Source: a bacterium (GTDB taxonomy: Bacteria > Patescibacteriota > Patescibacteriia > Patescibacteriales > Patescibacteriaceae). From it: a stretch of 33,601 nucleotides of DNA. The translations under genes were made by a program, and so were the position numbers. The stretch spans positions 1-33,601 of the forward strand of contig JAKAFD010000001.1 of the NCBI GenBank assembly GCA_021818075.1, read 5' to 3'. The notes beneath the pieces were generated by a model, which was not told the origin of the DNA, made no database searches, and worked only from the letters and a program-made list of their open reading frames with translations. This document shows positions 23,571 through 31,227 of this stretch, piece by piece (position 1 is the first letter of the stretch; every line of letters starts with the position of its first letter).

Positions 23571-23598
23571 TTGACAGATTTGAAAAACAATGTATAAT
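23571..23598 (+). promoter_or_regulatory. Sigma70-type promoter for 23647-23862
   Basis: TTGACA (23571-23576), 16-nt spacer ending TG, TATAAT (23593-23598). Confidence 0.55.
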
Positions 23599-23646
23599 GA
23601 GGCGGCTGGTAATTTTTTGAACATTTTTAATTAACGGAGGTAATGA

Positions 23647-23862
23647 ATGAAGAAAGTTTCTAATAAGAAATTAAAAACGAATCTCAATGACCTGCCCGAG
23701 CGCGATCATACGGACGATAAGCCGTATTTTGACGACGGGGAAATGGAACACACCACTATACCAAATGAGCGGCCAGCAATTGTGCCACAACGATATTATG
23801 TAATGCATGATAAGCCGCCGCGATCAATGAATCATACGGTAAGCTGCCGCATTATTCATTAA
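23647..23862 (+). CDS. Hypothetical small hydrophilic protein, 71 aa
   Basis: ORF track; GGAGG SD; own promoter and terminator. Confidence 0.5.
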   Translation: MKKVSNKKLKTNLNDLPERDHTDDKPYFDDGEMEHTTIPNERPAIVPQRYYVMHDKPPRSMNHTVSCRIIH

Positions 23863-23878
23863 TGAAAATTTATTATAT

Positions 23879-23909
23879 AACGCCCGAGAAACTTGGGCGT
23901 TATTTTTTT
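23879..23909 (+). terminator. Intrinsic terminator
   Basis: AACGCCC-gagaaactt-GGGCGTT plus T-run. Confidence 0.75.
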
Positions 23910-23926
23910 CATGCTTGGCAGTAAAA

Positions 23927-23967
23927 AGAGATTCTATCACTCCGCTACGCTCTGTTCCAGAATGACA
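23927..23967 (+). repeat. GC-rich palindromic unit, family 1 (CCAGAATGACA subtype)
   Basis: AGAGATTCTATCACTCC...CTGTTCCAGAATGACA. Confidence 0.8.
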
Positions 23968-23972
23968 AAAAT

Positions 23973-24015
23973 AGAGATTGCCACGCCCCTCGCAAACTCA
24001 GGGCTCGCAATGACA
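23973..24015 (+). repeat. GC-rich palindromic unit, family 1 (CAATGACA subtype)
   Basis: AGAGATTGCCACGCCCCTCGCAAACTCAGGGCTCGCAATGACA. Confidence 0.8.
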
Positions 24016-24100
24016 AGGGAAAGTTGACAAATTTTTTACTTTATGATTTTATGGAAGCAGAAAGTGTTGTTCCTTTTTAAATTTACGAAGGGAGTGTGCA

Positions 24101-24397
24101 ATGATAACAAACAAAAAAGAACAACGGGAAGAAGCGCAAAGTGTTTTAAACGATGCCGAACAACAAATAACTTCTCTCCGCAAACGCTTCAAGCATTCGC
24201 GGCCGAAAACCAATGGCGGCACCCTGCGAAATCTGCTTAATACGGTGGAAGGCTTATTGAATCAGTTGATTGAACTGAAAACAACCAGACCCAGCGTATA
24301 CGAATTTCATCCTGATATCCGCGAACAAAGATTTTCAGCGGAAATCAGTTGCCGCTTATTTATTGCCGACATCGAAACAAAAATAGCCTCTTCATAA
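24101..24397 (+). CDS. Hypothetical helical protein, 98 aa
   Basis: ORF track; GGGAG SD; terminator downstream. Confidence 0.5.
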   Translation: MITNKKEQREEAQSVLNDAEQQITSLRKRFKHSRPKTNGGTLRNLLNTVEGLLNQLIELKTTRPSVYEFHPDIREQRFSAEISCRLFIADIETKIASS

Positions 24398-24423
24398 CAG
24401 TGCGGAAACAACTTCCGACATAA

Positions 24424-24454
24424 AGACCAGCGCCCCCAAGCTGGTCTTTTTTTA
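24424..24454 (+). terminator. Intrinsic terminator
   Basis: AGACCAGC-8 nt-GCTGGTCT plus TTTTTTT. Confidence 0.8.
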
Positions 24455-24531
24455 TTTTTGCCGCGTCTTGACTGATTTATATTTTCGTGATTATATAAGA
24501 CAAAAATTATAAACAATTCGGGAGTTAAACA

Positions 24532-25149
24532 TTGATTGGTCTTTTAAAAAAATGGTGGGCCATTAAAGATGACGAGGTTGATAAAGCCTGCCTCATTCTG
24601 GCGCACGGTTATGGCTTAACCAAAGATGACAAGTTACCGGAAAACGCCAAACGAGTTTTGGCTAAAACCCTTGAACTGGCTCGCAGATTTCCAGCCGCTA
24701 AAATTTTGTTCTATAACGCTAACTGTTATTGGCGACCGGAACAATTTGAAGCCCAGCTGAAAAAAGATTATCTGACTGCTTTGGGAGTTGAAGCTGATGA
24801 CCCGATTTGGGATAACATCATTGATAACGGCGTTAATTCAACGATTAACGAAGTGCTAATCGCTCTTAACACGGACGATTTAGCCGGTAAGGCAGTGGTG
24901 TCGCTTTGCGAACAAATACACATGCGACGCATAAGATTAATCTGGAAAAAAGAAACTCGCCGCTACCACCCGAAAGTTGACTTTAAGATTGTCGGCGTGC
25001 CGGGAGCCTGGACCAGCGAGATGCCTTCCTTTTTCTGCAAATCGGCCAGCCGCTGGTTATTGCTGAATATTATCTTCAGTGGCGCCTATGCCATCTTCGG
25101 CAATCTGATGAAAAATCTGTCGCACAAATTCTTTTTAAAACACGACTAA
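24532..25149 (+). CDS. YdcF/DUF218-like protein (TTG start in the ORF track)
   Basis: ILAHGYG...; NSTINEV; EQIHMRRIRLIWKK resembles the DUF218 pattern (G..T..E, VT...H..R); weak call. Confidence 0.4.
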   Translation: MIGLLKKWWAIKDDEVDKACLILAHGYGLTKDDKLPENAKRVLAKTLELARRFPAAKILFYNANCYWRPEQFEAQLKKDYLTALGVEADDPIWDNIIDNGVNSTINEVLIALNTDDLAGKAVVSLCEQIHMRRIRLIWKKETRRYHPKVDFKIVGVPGAWTSEMPSFFCKSASRWLLLNIIFSGAYAIFGNLMKNLSHKFFLKHD

Positions 25150-25180
25150 TAATAGCATGGAAAATTTCCGTGCTATTTTT

Positions 25181-27625
25181 TTATTGTAAGTAACCAAGAA
25201 AACGGCTTTTGGCCGAGGGGCGGCCCCAGCGGTCAAAATTAGAGTAAGTTAAATTTAAAGATTCGCGGGCGCGAGTTAGGGCGACATAAAATAGGCGCTT
25301 TTCTTCTTCCAAATTGTCGGTGTTGAAAAAGGGAAATTGGCCTTCATTTAAGCCAACCAGGAAAACATGGTCAAATTCCAGCCCTTTGACCTGATGGACG
25401 GTTAAAATAGGCACCTGACCGCCCTCCAGAGCCACGAAGTCAATGTTTTTGGCCAAAGCCGACAAGTTGACCAGGTCGCGCAAACTGTCCGCCGGGGGCT
25501 TGGCTAAATCGTCGCGCTGACCGAAAAATTTAACCAGCGATTCCAAGCCCGCCAAGCGTTTGGCCGCTTCCGGCTGCTTGGCATAATAATCTTGCAAACC
25601 GGATTCATTAATAATTTTTTCCAAAGCGTGCGCCGGCCGCTCTTTGGCAATTAAATATTGCCAGTTGGTTAATTGCGAGGCCAAACGAATAAATTTTTTG
25701 GAGTAGCGGGCAAATATTTTTTCTCGTTCGCTCTTGGTTAATTCCAGTTTAGCCGCGAGAATTGCCAAGAGATTAATGGTGGCGTCAACATCTTCGTCGG
25801 CGCTGTGCGTGGCGCCGGTTAAGTTAAACAGTTTGGCCAGAGAGCTTAATTTGTAGCTGCCGGTCGCCACCAAGCGTCGGGACAAATCCAAGGTATCGTA
25901 AAAATTTTTAAATTCTATTTCAATCTGCTGGCGCGCGCCGTTGGCTAAAATCATACCGATATCAAAACCGACATTGTGGCCGACGACCGCCGAGTCGCCG
26001 ATAAAATCTTTAAGCTCGGCCAAAGCCGCTTGCGGCGCCAAACCGTTGGCCTCTAAAAATTCGTCGGTCAGACGGTGCACAGCGGCCGAAGCGCCGACCG
26101 GTATGGTATTTTTTACATAGTGATGCAAATCCTTGCCCGGCTGGCCTTTAACCACTTCGCGAGCGTAAATTTGGATAATCTCGTCGCGGCCGATATTGGT
26201 GCCGGTCGTTTCCGTATCCAGCACCACTAAACGGCCGTTTTTATAATCATCAAGCAACTGGCCGAAGGGTTCATTGCGGCTGAAATTGGACAGATAAAAA
26301 AAGTCGCTGATTTTCAAAGCCGTAGCTTCGCCGCCGGCGCGAATGGCGGTCAGCGTCCCCTCGCCAAGTTCTTTGGGCGGCCGCAGGGCCACGCGATAGG
26401 CGCTGTCCAAATCAAAACGATTTAATAATAGCTTAAGGTGCGCCAGGGCGTCTTTGATTTCCTGACGGCGGAAAAAATTATAATGGTCCACGGTCAGGTG
26501 CGGCAGATTTTTGGCCGTAAAAATTTCCGAGGCCTGATTGATTAAAGAATGGGCGCGCGCCAGCACGGCGATGCTTGATTTAGGGTTAGTTTGTTTCAGC
26601 TCTTTAATCCGCTCCACTACCCAGTCAACTTCCTCGTTAAAATTATGAGCGTTAAAAATTTTTAAATTATCGGCTGAATCATCTATTGAAGCGCTTTCAA
26701 TGTTTTTGGTGCTGGCCTGCTTAAAACCGGCTAAAACTTTTTTAACCGCCGCCAACAGTTCGCGGCGGCTGCGATAATTTATGCTTAAAGACAATTCCGC
26801 CACCGGCGCAAAGTGCGTTTTGAATAATTTGGCGATAAAATGAGGCGCCGAACCGCGCCAGCCGTAAATCGTCTGGTCCAAGTCGCCGATCAGGGCGATG
26901 TTTTTGCTCGTCTTGGCCAGTTCTTTAATCACCAAGTATTCGGATAAATGCGTATCCTGAAATTCGTCCAGCTGGATAAATTTATAGCGCGCGGCCCATT
27001 TTTGTTTTAAAGCTTCGTTAAAATATAAAGCGTCCAAAGTCGCCAGCACCAGCTGATTAAAATCAACGGCGTTTTGTTCCAGCAGGGCTTTCTCATAGGC
27101 TTTGGCCACTGCCTCTTTCAAATCATCAACCGGCGGCTTATCCAGGATGCCGATTTTATGTTCAAATTGCTGAAAGCGAAAGTTGTATAAACTTTCCAGC
27201 AAGCCGCTGAATTCATTTTTGTGGCTGGCGTCGCTTAGATAAAGTTTGTCGGAAAATTGCGCGACAATTGATTTTAATATGGCCAGCTGTTCGTCTTCGT
27301 CCAAAATGGTAAAGTCGTTGGCCAAACCGACTTCCTTGGCCTCGCTTTTCAAAAAATAAGCGCACCAGCCGTGAAAGGTGCTGACGGTCAGCTCGTCAAA
27401 GGCTTCTTTATTGTTAACCGCCTGGCGGACGCGGCCGCGCATTTCCTCGGCGGCGCGATTGGTAAAAGTCAGGCATAAAATCTCGGCCGGCTTAATGCCC
27501 GAGGCCAAGGCCTTAATCACCCGCTCGGTTAAGACGGCGGTTTTGCCCGTGCCCACCGGCGCGTTAACCAAAAGCGCGCCGTCAAGCTTGTTGATTATGG
27601 TAAGTTGTTCAGAGTTAAAATCCAT
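25181..27625 (-). CDS. UvrD/PcrA-type SF1 helicase with an embedded DEDDh 3'-5' exonuclease domain
   Basis: NAPVGTGKTAV (Walker A), LDEFQDT, TVHQVKGLEFDHVFLVG, YVALTRARESL; internal VVLDTETTG, GHNVGFDIGML, HSADEDVDAT. Confidence 0.85.
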   Translation of the reverse strand: MDFNSEQLTIINKLDGALLVNAPVGTGKTAVLTERVIKALASGIKPAEILCLTFTNRAAEEMRGRVRQAVNNKEAFDELTVSTFHGWCAYFLKSEAKEVGLANDFTILDEDEQLAILKSIVAQFSDKLYLSDASHKNEFSGLLESLYNFRFQQFEHKIGILDKPPVDDLKEAVAKAYEKALLEQNAVDFNQLVLATLDALYFNEALKQKWAARYKFIQLDEFQDTHLSEYLVIKELAKTSKNIALIGDLDQTIYGWRGSAPHFIAKLFKTHFAPVAELSLSINYRSRRELLAAVKKVLAGFKQASTKNIESASIDDSADNLKIFNAHNFNEEVDWVVERIKELKQTNPKSSIAVLARAHSLINQASEIFTAKNLPHLTVDHYNFFRRQEIKDALAHLKLLLNRFDLDSAYRVALRPPKELGEGTLTAIRAGGEATALKISDFFYLSNFSRNEPFGQLLDDYKNGRLVVLDTETTGTNIGRDEIIQIYAREVVKGQPGKDLHHYVKNTIPVGASAAVHRLTDEFLEANGLAPQAALAELKDFIGDSAVVGHNVGFDIGMILANGARQQIEIEFKNFYDTLDLSRRLVATGSYKLSSLAKLFNLTGATHSADEDVDATINLLAILAAKLELTKSEREKIFARYSKKFIRLASQLTNWQYLIAKERPAHALEKIINESGLQDYYAKQPEAAKRLAGLESLVKFFGQRDDLAKPPADSLRDLVNLSALAKNIDFVALEGGQVPILTVHQVKGLEFDHVFLVGLNEGQFPFFNTDNLEEEKRLFYVALTRARESLNLTYSNFDRWGRPSAKSRFLGYLQ

Positions 27626-27631
27626 GATTTT

Positions 27632-27660
27632 ATGTTAGGTTAAGGAAGCTAAATAGTCAA
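27632..27660 (-). promoter_or_regulatory. Possible promoter giving a leaderless helicase mRNA
   Basis: Minus strand: TTGACT-17 nt-TAACAT, with the -10 ending 6 nt before the ATG at 27625; no SD is visible. Confidence 0.35.
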
Positions 27661-27689
27661 AAAAACAGGCCTGTTTATTTCGGGCCTGT
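27658..27689 (-). terminator. Intrinsic terminator after the 57-aa ORF
   Basis: ACAGGCC-11 nt-GGCCTGT followed on the minus strand by a T-run. Confidence 0.55.
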
Positions 27690-27706
27690 ATTAAAAAATA
27701 TGCAAA

Positions 27707-27880
27707 TTAAATCATCGGCAAACGCCTGTCCTCCTGCATTGCTTCTTCATCTGCCGGGGTGGGCTTTTTACCAAAAGGCTTATCTACTTCTTCCGGAAAG
27801 GGAAAGGTGCTATTAGGCTGGATGCCTAAATCATTACTGCTCGCGGCGGAGCTGCCTGTCTCTTGCGAATTATCGGACAT
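27707..27880 (-). CDS. Small acidic, probably disordered protein, 57 aa (below the ORF-track cutoff)
   Basis: My translation: MSDNSQETGSSAASSNDLGIQPNSTFPFPEEVDKPFGKKPTPADEEAMQEDRRLPMI; GAGG SD. Confidence 0.35.
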   Translation of the reverse strand: MSDNSQETGSSAASSNDLGIQPNSTFPFPEEVDKPFGKKPTPADEEAMQEDRRLPMI

Positions 27881-27927
27881 TATTGCCTCGCATTAAAATG
27901 TACAAACACTTAATTAAATTCAAAATA

Positions 27928-28161
27928 TTATTTATTGCTTAAATTGTCAATAGCCTCTGCCAATTGTCGGTCCTTGTCGGTAATTTTACCCTCGGAGTGC
28001 GTGGACAGTTCAAATTTAACCGTATTATATTCATTGGTCCAAGTCGGATGATGGTCCAATTGCTTGGCCAGCGCCGCCACTTGCCCCATAAACGCCCAAG
28101 CCTCGTCAAAGTCGCGGAAGGTAAAAGTCTTGGTTAATTTGTTATTTATTTCCTGCCACAT
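27928..28161 (-). CDS. phhB: Pterin-4a-carbinolamine dehydratase (PCD/DCoH family)
   Basis: 77 aa; FRDFDEAWAFMGQVAALAKQLDHHPTWTNEYNTVKFELSTH is the family signature. Confidence 0.8.
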   Translation of the reverse strand: MWQEINNKLTKTFTFRDFDEAWAFMGQVAALAKQLDHHPTWTNEYNTVKFELSTHSEGKITDKDRQLAEAIDNLSNK

Positions 28162-28169
28162 AGTAATAT

Positions 28170-28208
28170 TGTCATTCTGGAGCGTAACGAAGTGAAGCGA
28201 TAGAATCT
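28170..28208 (-). repeat. GC-rich palindromic unit, family 1, inverted orientation
   Basis: TGTCATTCTGGAGCG...GCGATAGAATCT is the reverse complement of the AGATTCTATCGC...CCAGAATGACA type. Confidence 0.8.
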
Positions 28209-28245
28209 AGATGCTATCGGTCGCTATGCTCCCTCCAGCATGACA
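28209..28245 (+). repeat. GC-rich palindromic unit, family 1 (CAGCATGACA variant), abutting the inverted unit
   Basis: AGATGCTATCGGTCGCTATGCTCCCTCCAGCATGACA. Confidence 0.75.
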
Positions 28246-28256
28246 TAGTGTAATTA

Positions 28257-28556
28257 TTAAAAAAAGTCATTAATTAAATCTCGCCACTTCGGATTTATTT
28301 TATTTATTAATTCTATCTTTTTTCTTCTTACTAAATTTTTAATTTGTTTCTCTCGAAAAATTGCCATACCAACATTACCGTAAACTTCATAGTAAACCAA
28401 TTTACAAATTTTATATTTAGCCGTAAAACTATTAGGCTTTAAACAATCTTTATGTTCGCTGTATCTTCTCGGTATTTTATTGGTAATGCCGGTATACAAA
28501 ACCGTGTTTGTTTTGTTGGTTTCAATGTAAACGTAATATTTTAATCCCCCTTGCAT
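28257..28556 (-). CDS. Stand-alone GIY-YIG nuclease-domain protein, 99 aa
   Basis: YYVYIETNKTNTVLYTGITN...RRYSEHK...E.KIK motifs. Confidence 0.85.
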   Translation of the reverse strand: MQGGLKYYVYIETNKTNTVLYTGITNKIPRRYSEHKDCLKPNSFTAKYKICKLVYYEVYGNVGMAIFREKQIKNLVRRKKIELINKINPKWRDLINDFF

Positions 28557-28596
28557 GAGTTAATTCTATTATGAATTTTGACAAATAGCAACGAAC

Positions 28597-28655
28597 GAGA
28601 GATCCTATCCCCCGGATCGAGTCCGGGGCTAAAGACTGGTCGCTCCAGGATGACA
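28597..28655 (+). repeat. GC-rich palindromic unit, family 1, long variant
   Basis: GAGAGATCCTATCCCCCGGATCGAGTCCGGGG...GGTCGCTCCAGGATGACA. Confidence 0.75.
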
Positions 28656-28782
28656 AAAAAAGAAAAAAGACCTGCAAGCAGATCTTTTTAAAATTAAGCG
28701 ACGGAAATTTTTAGGTATGCTTATACGTCGCAGCAAACGACACAGATAGACAAGAAGGAAAAGATTTCCGCCGCTCTTAGTT

Positions 28783-28989
28783 TTAATGTACCGCCACAGC
28801 CTCTTTGCCAATATTTTGTTTTTCCTCGTTAACAATTTCAACCGCATCCTCAAAGGATTGCGCCAAATAATTGTAACTAAAAGTTACGAATTTTTTCTTG
28901 GGTGCTAAAGGCGGTGGCTGCTTAACTCCCTTTATGGGGTTAAAGTCTTCTTCGGTTTCTCTTACCGGTGATTCGGAATCAGACATCAT
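28783..28989 (-). CDS. Hypothetical small protein, 68 aa
   Basis: ORF track; AGGAGG SD upstream of ATGATG; lies between two repeat units. Confidence 0.45.
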   Translation of the reverse strand: MMSDSESPVRETEEDFNPIKGVKQPPPLAPKKKFVTFSYNYLAQSFEDAVEIVNEEKQNIGKEAVAVH

Positions 28990-29033
28990 CGCCTCCTGAT
29001 AAATTTATAAAATTAACTAATTATCAAAGGGAA

Positions 29034-29072
29034 AGAGATTCTATCGCTCCCTGCGGTCGCTCCAGAATGACA
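29034..29072 (+). repeat. GC-rich palindromic unit, family 1
   Basis: AGAGATTCTATCGCTCCCTGCGGTCGCTCCAGAATGACA. Confidence 0.8.
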
Positions 29073-29094
29073 ATGAGGCAGGCGCGCTTAATTT

Positions 29095-29640
29095 TTAGCG
29101 TTTGCTCCACTGCGGCGCACGGCGAGCTTTCTTCAGACCTGGTTTCTTGCGTTCTTTGACGCGCGGGTCGCGAGTCAGCCAGCCTTTGGCTTTCAGAGAC
29201 GGTCTTAAACCTAAATCAAATTTAATCAAAGCTCTGGCAATGCCCAAACGAGCGGCCTCGGCCTGACCATTTTTACCGCCGCCTTTGGCCAAAACGGTAA
29301 AATCCATATCTTTAATGCCGGTTTGCTTGATGGGCTGTTCCACCGCTTTTTTCTGGTAAGAAGTATCAAAATATTTTTCAAAAGGCTGCCCGTTGACGGT
29401 AATCACGCCGCTGCCCTTAAGAAACATACGCACCGAAGCGGTGGCGTTTTTTCTTTTGCCAATTTGCGCAATATAAGTAAGAGCCACCGGCGCTTTCTTT
29501 ACCGGCGCTTTAACTTCTTTAATCGGCTTGGCAACCTTAACCGCTTTAACGGCTTTAACCGGCGCCTTAACCGCTTTAACGGTTTTGGCAACGGGTTTTT
29601 TTACAGTCTTGGCTTTGGTAGCAGTCTTTTTCTCTGGCAT
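29095..29640 (-). CDS. rpsI: Ribosomal protein S9 with an N-terminal K/A/V-rich extension of about 54 aa
   Basis: Core GKRKNATASVRM...GGGKNGQAEAARLGIARAL...KKARRAPQWSKR. Confidence 0.92.
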   Translation of the reverse strand: MPEKKTATKAKTVKKPVAKTVKAVKAPVKAVKAVKVAKPIKEVKAPVKKAPVALTYIAQIGKRKNATASVRMFLKGSGVITVNGQPFEKYFDTSYQKKAVEQPIKQTGIKDMDFTVLAKGGGKNGQAEAARLGIARALIKFDLGLRPSLKAKGWLTRDPRVKERKKPGLKKARRAPQWSKR

Positions 29641-29656
29641 AAACTTATTTACAAAC

Positions 29657-30016
29657 TTATTTGATAATTAAGCGTTTAAGCATATTAACGCGCAAACGGT
29701 TGGCTGGCAACATTTCTCGGACGGCGCGCTTTAAAACTTCGCCGGGATTAGCGGCATAAACTTGACCCATGGTTTTGGTTTTTAAACCGCCCGGATGACC
29801 GGAATAATGATGATAAACTTTTTGCTGGAGTTTTTTGCCGGTAAATTTCAGCTTATCAATATTGCTGACTTCCACAATGGCGCCGCTGTCAATATGCGGC
29901 TGCCATTCAGGCTGGTCTTTGCCGCGCAAGGCCAAAGCGATTTGCGTGGCTAAACGGCCGGTGGCCTGACCGGTGGCGTCAAATTTTTTAATTTTTCTTT
30001 CAATCTTCATTTTCAT
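29657..30016 (-). CDS. rplM: Ribosomal protein L13 (start moved to MKMKIERK; short form, 119 aa)
   Basis: DATGQATGRLATQIALALRGK...HHYSGHPGGLK; the L17 stop lies 4 nt upstream of this ATG. Confidence 0.88.
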   Translation of the reverse strand: MKMKIERKIKKFDATGQATGRLATQIALALRGKDQPEWQPHIDSGAIVEVSNIDKLKFTGKKLQQKVYHHYSGHPGGLKTKTMGQVYAANPGEVLKRAVREMLPANRLRVNMLKRLIIK

Positions 30017-30020
30017 AAAT

Positions 30021-30371
30021 TTACACCAATTCAATTTGCACAATATCCGCTCCGTCACCGACGCGGGCGCCTAATTTAACAATTCGGGTATAACCGCCTT
30101 GGCGATCTTTGTAGCGCGCGCCTAAAACTTCCATAGCTTTTTTGATAGCCAAAGGCTGAGGCAAGGCTTTAAGCAATTCGCGTCTGGCCGCCAGGTCACC
30201 GCTTTTGGCGGTCGTAATCATTTTCTCCACCAGCGGCTTAACCGCCTTAGCTTTAGCCGAGGTGGTTTTGACTTTTTCGTAAATAATAATACTGGCCGCC
30301 AGGTTTCTTAACATCATTTCCCGGGGAGCCTTGGCTCTGTCTAAGATTACATTTTTATTTCGGTGACGCAT
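30021..30371 (-). CDS. rplQ: Ribosomal protein L17
   Basis: MRHRNK...LDRAKAPREMMLRNLAASII..EKVKTT.AKAK..., GGYTRIVKLG.R.GDGA. Confidence 0.92.
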   Translation of the reverse strand: MRHRNKNVILDRAKAPREMMLRNLAASIIIYEKVKTTSAKAKAVKPLVEKMITTAKSGDLAARRELLKALPQPLAIKKAMEVLGARYKDRQGGYTRIVKLGARVGDGADIVQIELV

Positions 30372-30376
30372 AAAAT

Positions 30377-31189
30377 TTATTCTTCAGCTGTTTCGCTGGT
30401 CTTTTTACTCTTACTGTCTTTGGTTTTAACCTCTTTAACCGGGGCTTCCGTCTCTTGCTCCTCCACTTCAGCGGCCGCTTCTTCCACCACTTCTTTGTGG
30501 TTGCGTAAATCAACCAAAGAGTTGAACTGAGCCAATAAAATGGCGACTGACTTATCAAACACTTCTTCCGGGCTGATGGTGCCGTCAGTTTCAATATCCA
30601 AAGTTAGTTTATCCCAGTTGGTCATTTTACCGACGCGGGTGTTGGCCACATTAACGCCAACCGCTCTCACCGGCGAAAAGATGGAGTCAATTTCAATATA
30701 ACCGATTTCTTTCTTGCGATTTTCTCGATTTTCAATGGTTTCATAACCCATGCCGCGGCTGGCATAAATTTCCATATTCAGTTTGCCGGCCATATCGGTA
30801 ATATGGGCGATAGTCATATCTTTATTGACGATTTCCACATCGGCGTTGGCTTTGATGTCTTTGGCTTTGACTTCTTTCTCGCCGTGCGCTTCCAGTTCCA
30901 GCTTAACCACCTCATCGGTATGAATTTTTAAATTGAGCTGTTTTAAGTTTAAAATAATTTCCAACACATCTTCTTTGATGTTCGGCAAGGCCATAAATTC
31001 GTGGTCGGCACCTTCAATTTTCACGCCCACCACCGCTGTACCGGGAATAGACGATAAAAGCACCCTCCGTAAGGCGTTACCCAAAGTCGTGCCGTAGCCG
31101 GGAAACAACGGTTCAACCACAACCAATTTTTGATTCGGCAATTCGGCTGACTTAAATTCAATTTTTTTAGGCAAAGCAATATTGCTCAT
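30377..31189 (-). CDS. rpoA: RNA polymerase alpha subunit, N-terminal domain only, with an acidic low-complexity tail
   Basis: LEPLFPGYGTTLGNALRRVLLSSIPG; 270 aa; the last 45 aa are E/K/A/T-rich and show no helix-hairpin-helix CTD. Confidence 0.88.
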   Translation of the reverse strand: MSNIALPKKIEFKSAELPNQKLVVVEPLFPGYGTTLGNALRRVLLSSIPGTAVVGVKIEGADHEFMALPNIKEDVLEIILNLKQLNLKIHTDEVVKLELEAHGEKEVKAKDIKANADVEIVNKDMTIAHITDMAGKLNMEIYASRGMGYETIENRENRKKEIGYIEIDSIFSPVRAVGVNVANTRVGKMTNWDKLTLDIETDGTISPEEVFDKSVAILLAQFNSLVDLRNHKEVVEEAAAEVEEQETEAPVKEVKTKDSKSKKTSETAEE

Positions 31190-31227
31190 ATTGATGATAG
31201 CCCCAACGGGCCTTAGTTAGCTAAGGT

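Noticed and set aside
24024-24052. TTGACA at 24024 as the promoter for 24101-24397
   Set aside because: There is no acceptable -10 at 16-18 nt: TTTTAT at 17 nt is poor, and TATGAT is only 12 nt away. It is not listed as a feature.
27707-28989. Possible paralogy of the two small MSD-starting proteins (27707-27880 and 28783-28989)
   Set aside because: The similarity is limited to the first 3-5 residues and a general acidic, Pro-rich composition, which is not enough to claim a family.
22945-29072. Possibility that the repeated GC-rich units form a CRISPR array
   Set aside because: The units occur in both orientations, with irregular spacing from 0 nt to several kb, and with genes between them. 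They are internally palindromic but not identical, and there are no cas genes.
28629-29159. ORFs 28629-28853 (minus) and 28968-29159 (plus)
   Set aside because: They are mostly translations of repeat units and intergenic DNA (for example ERDSIAPCGRSRMT from unit 29034-29072). They have no SD and overlap better-supported features.
30355-30594. 79-aa K/R-rich ORF overlapping the 3' end of rpoA, considered as a frameshifted alpha-CTD
   Set aside because: The sequence is low-complexity basic and shows no helix-hairpin-helix pattern. It is the off-frame of the acidic rpoA tail.
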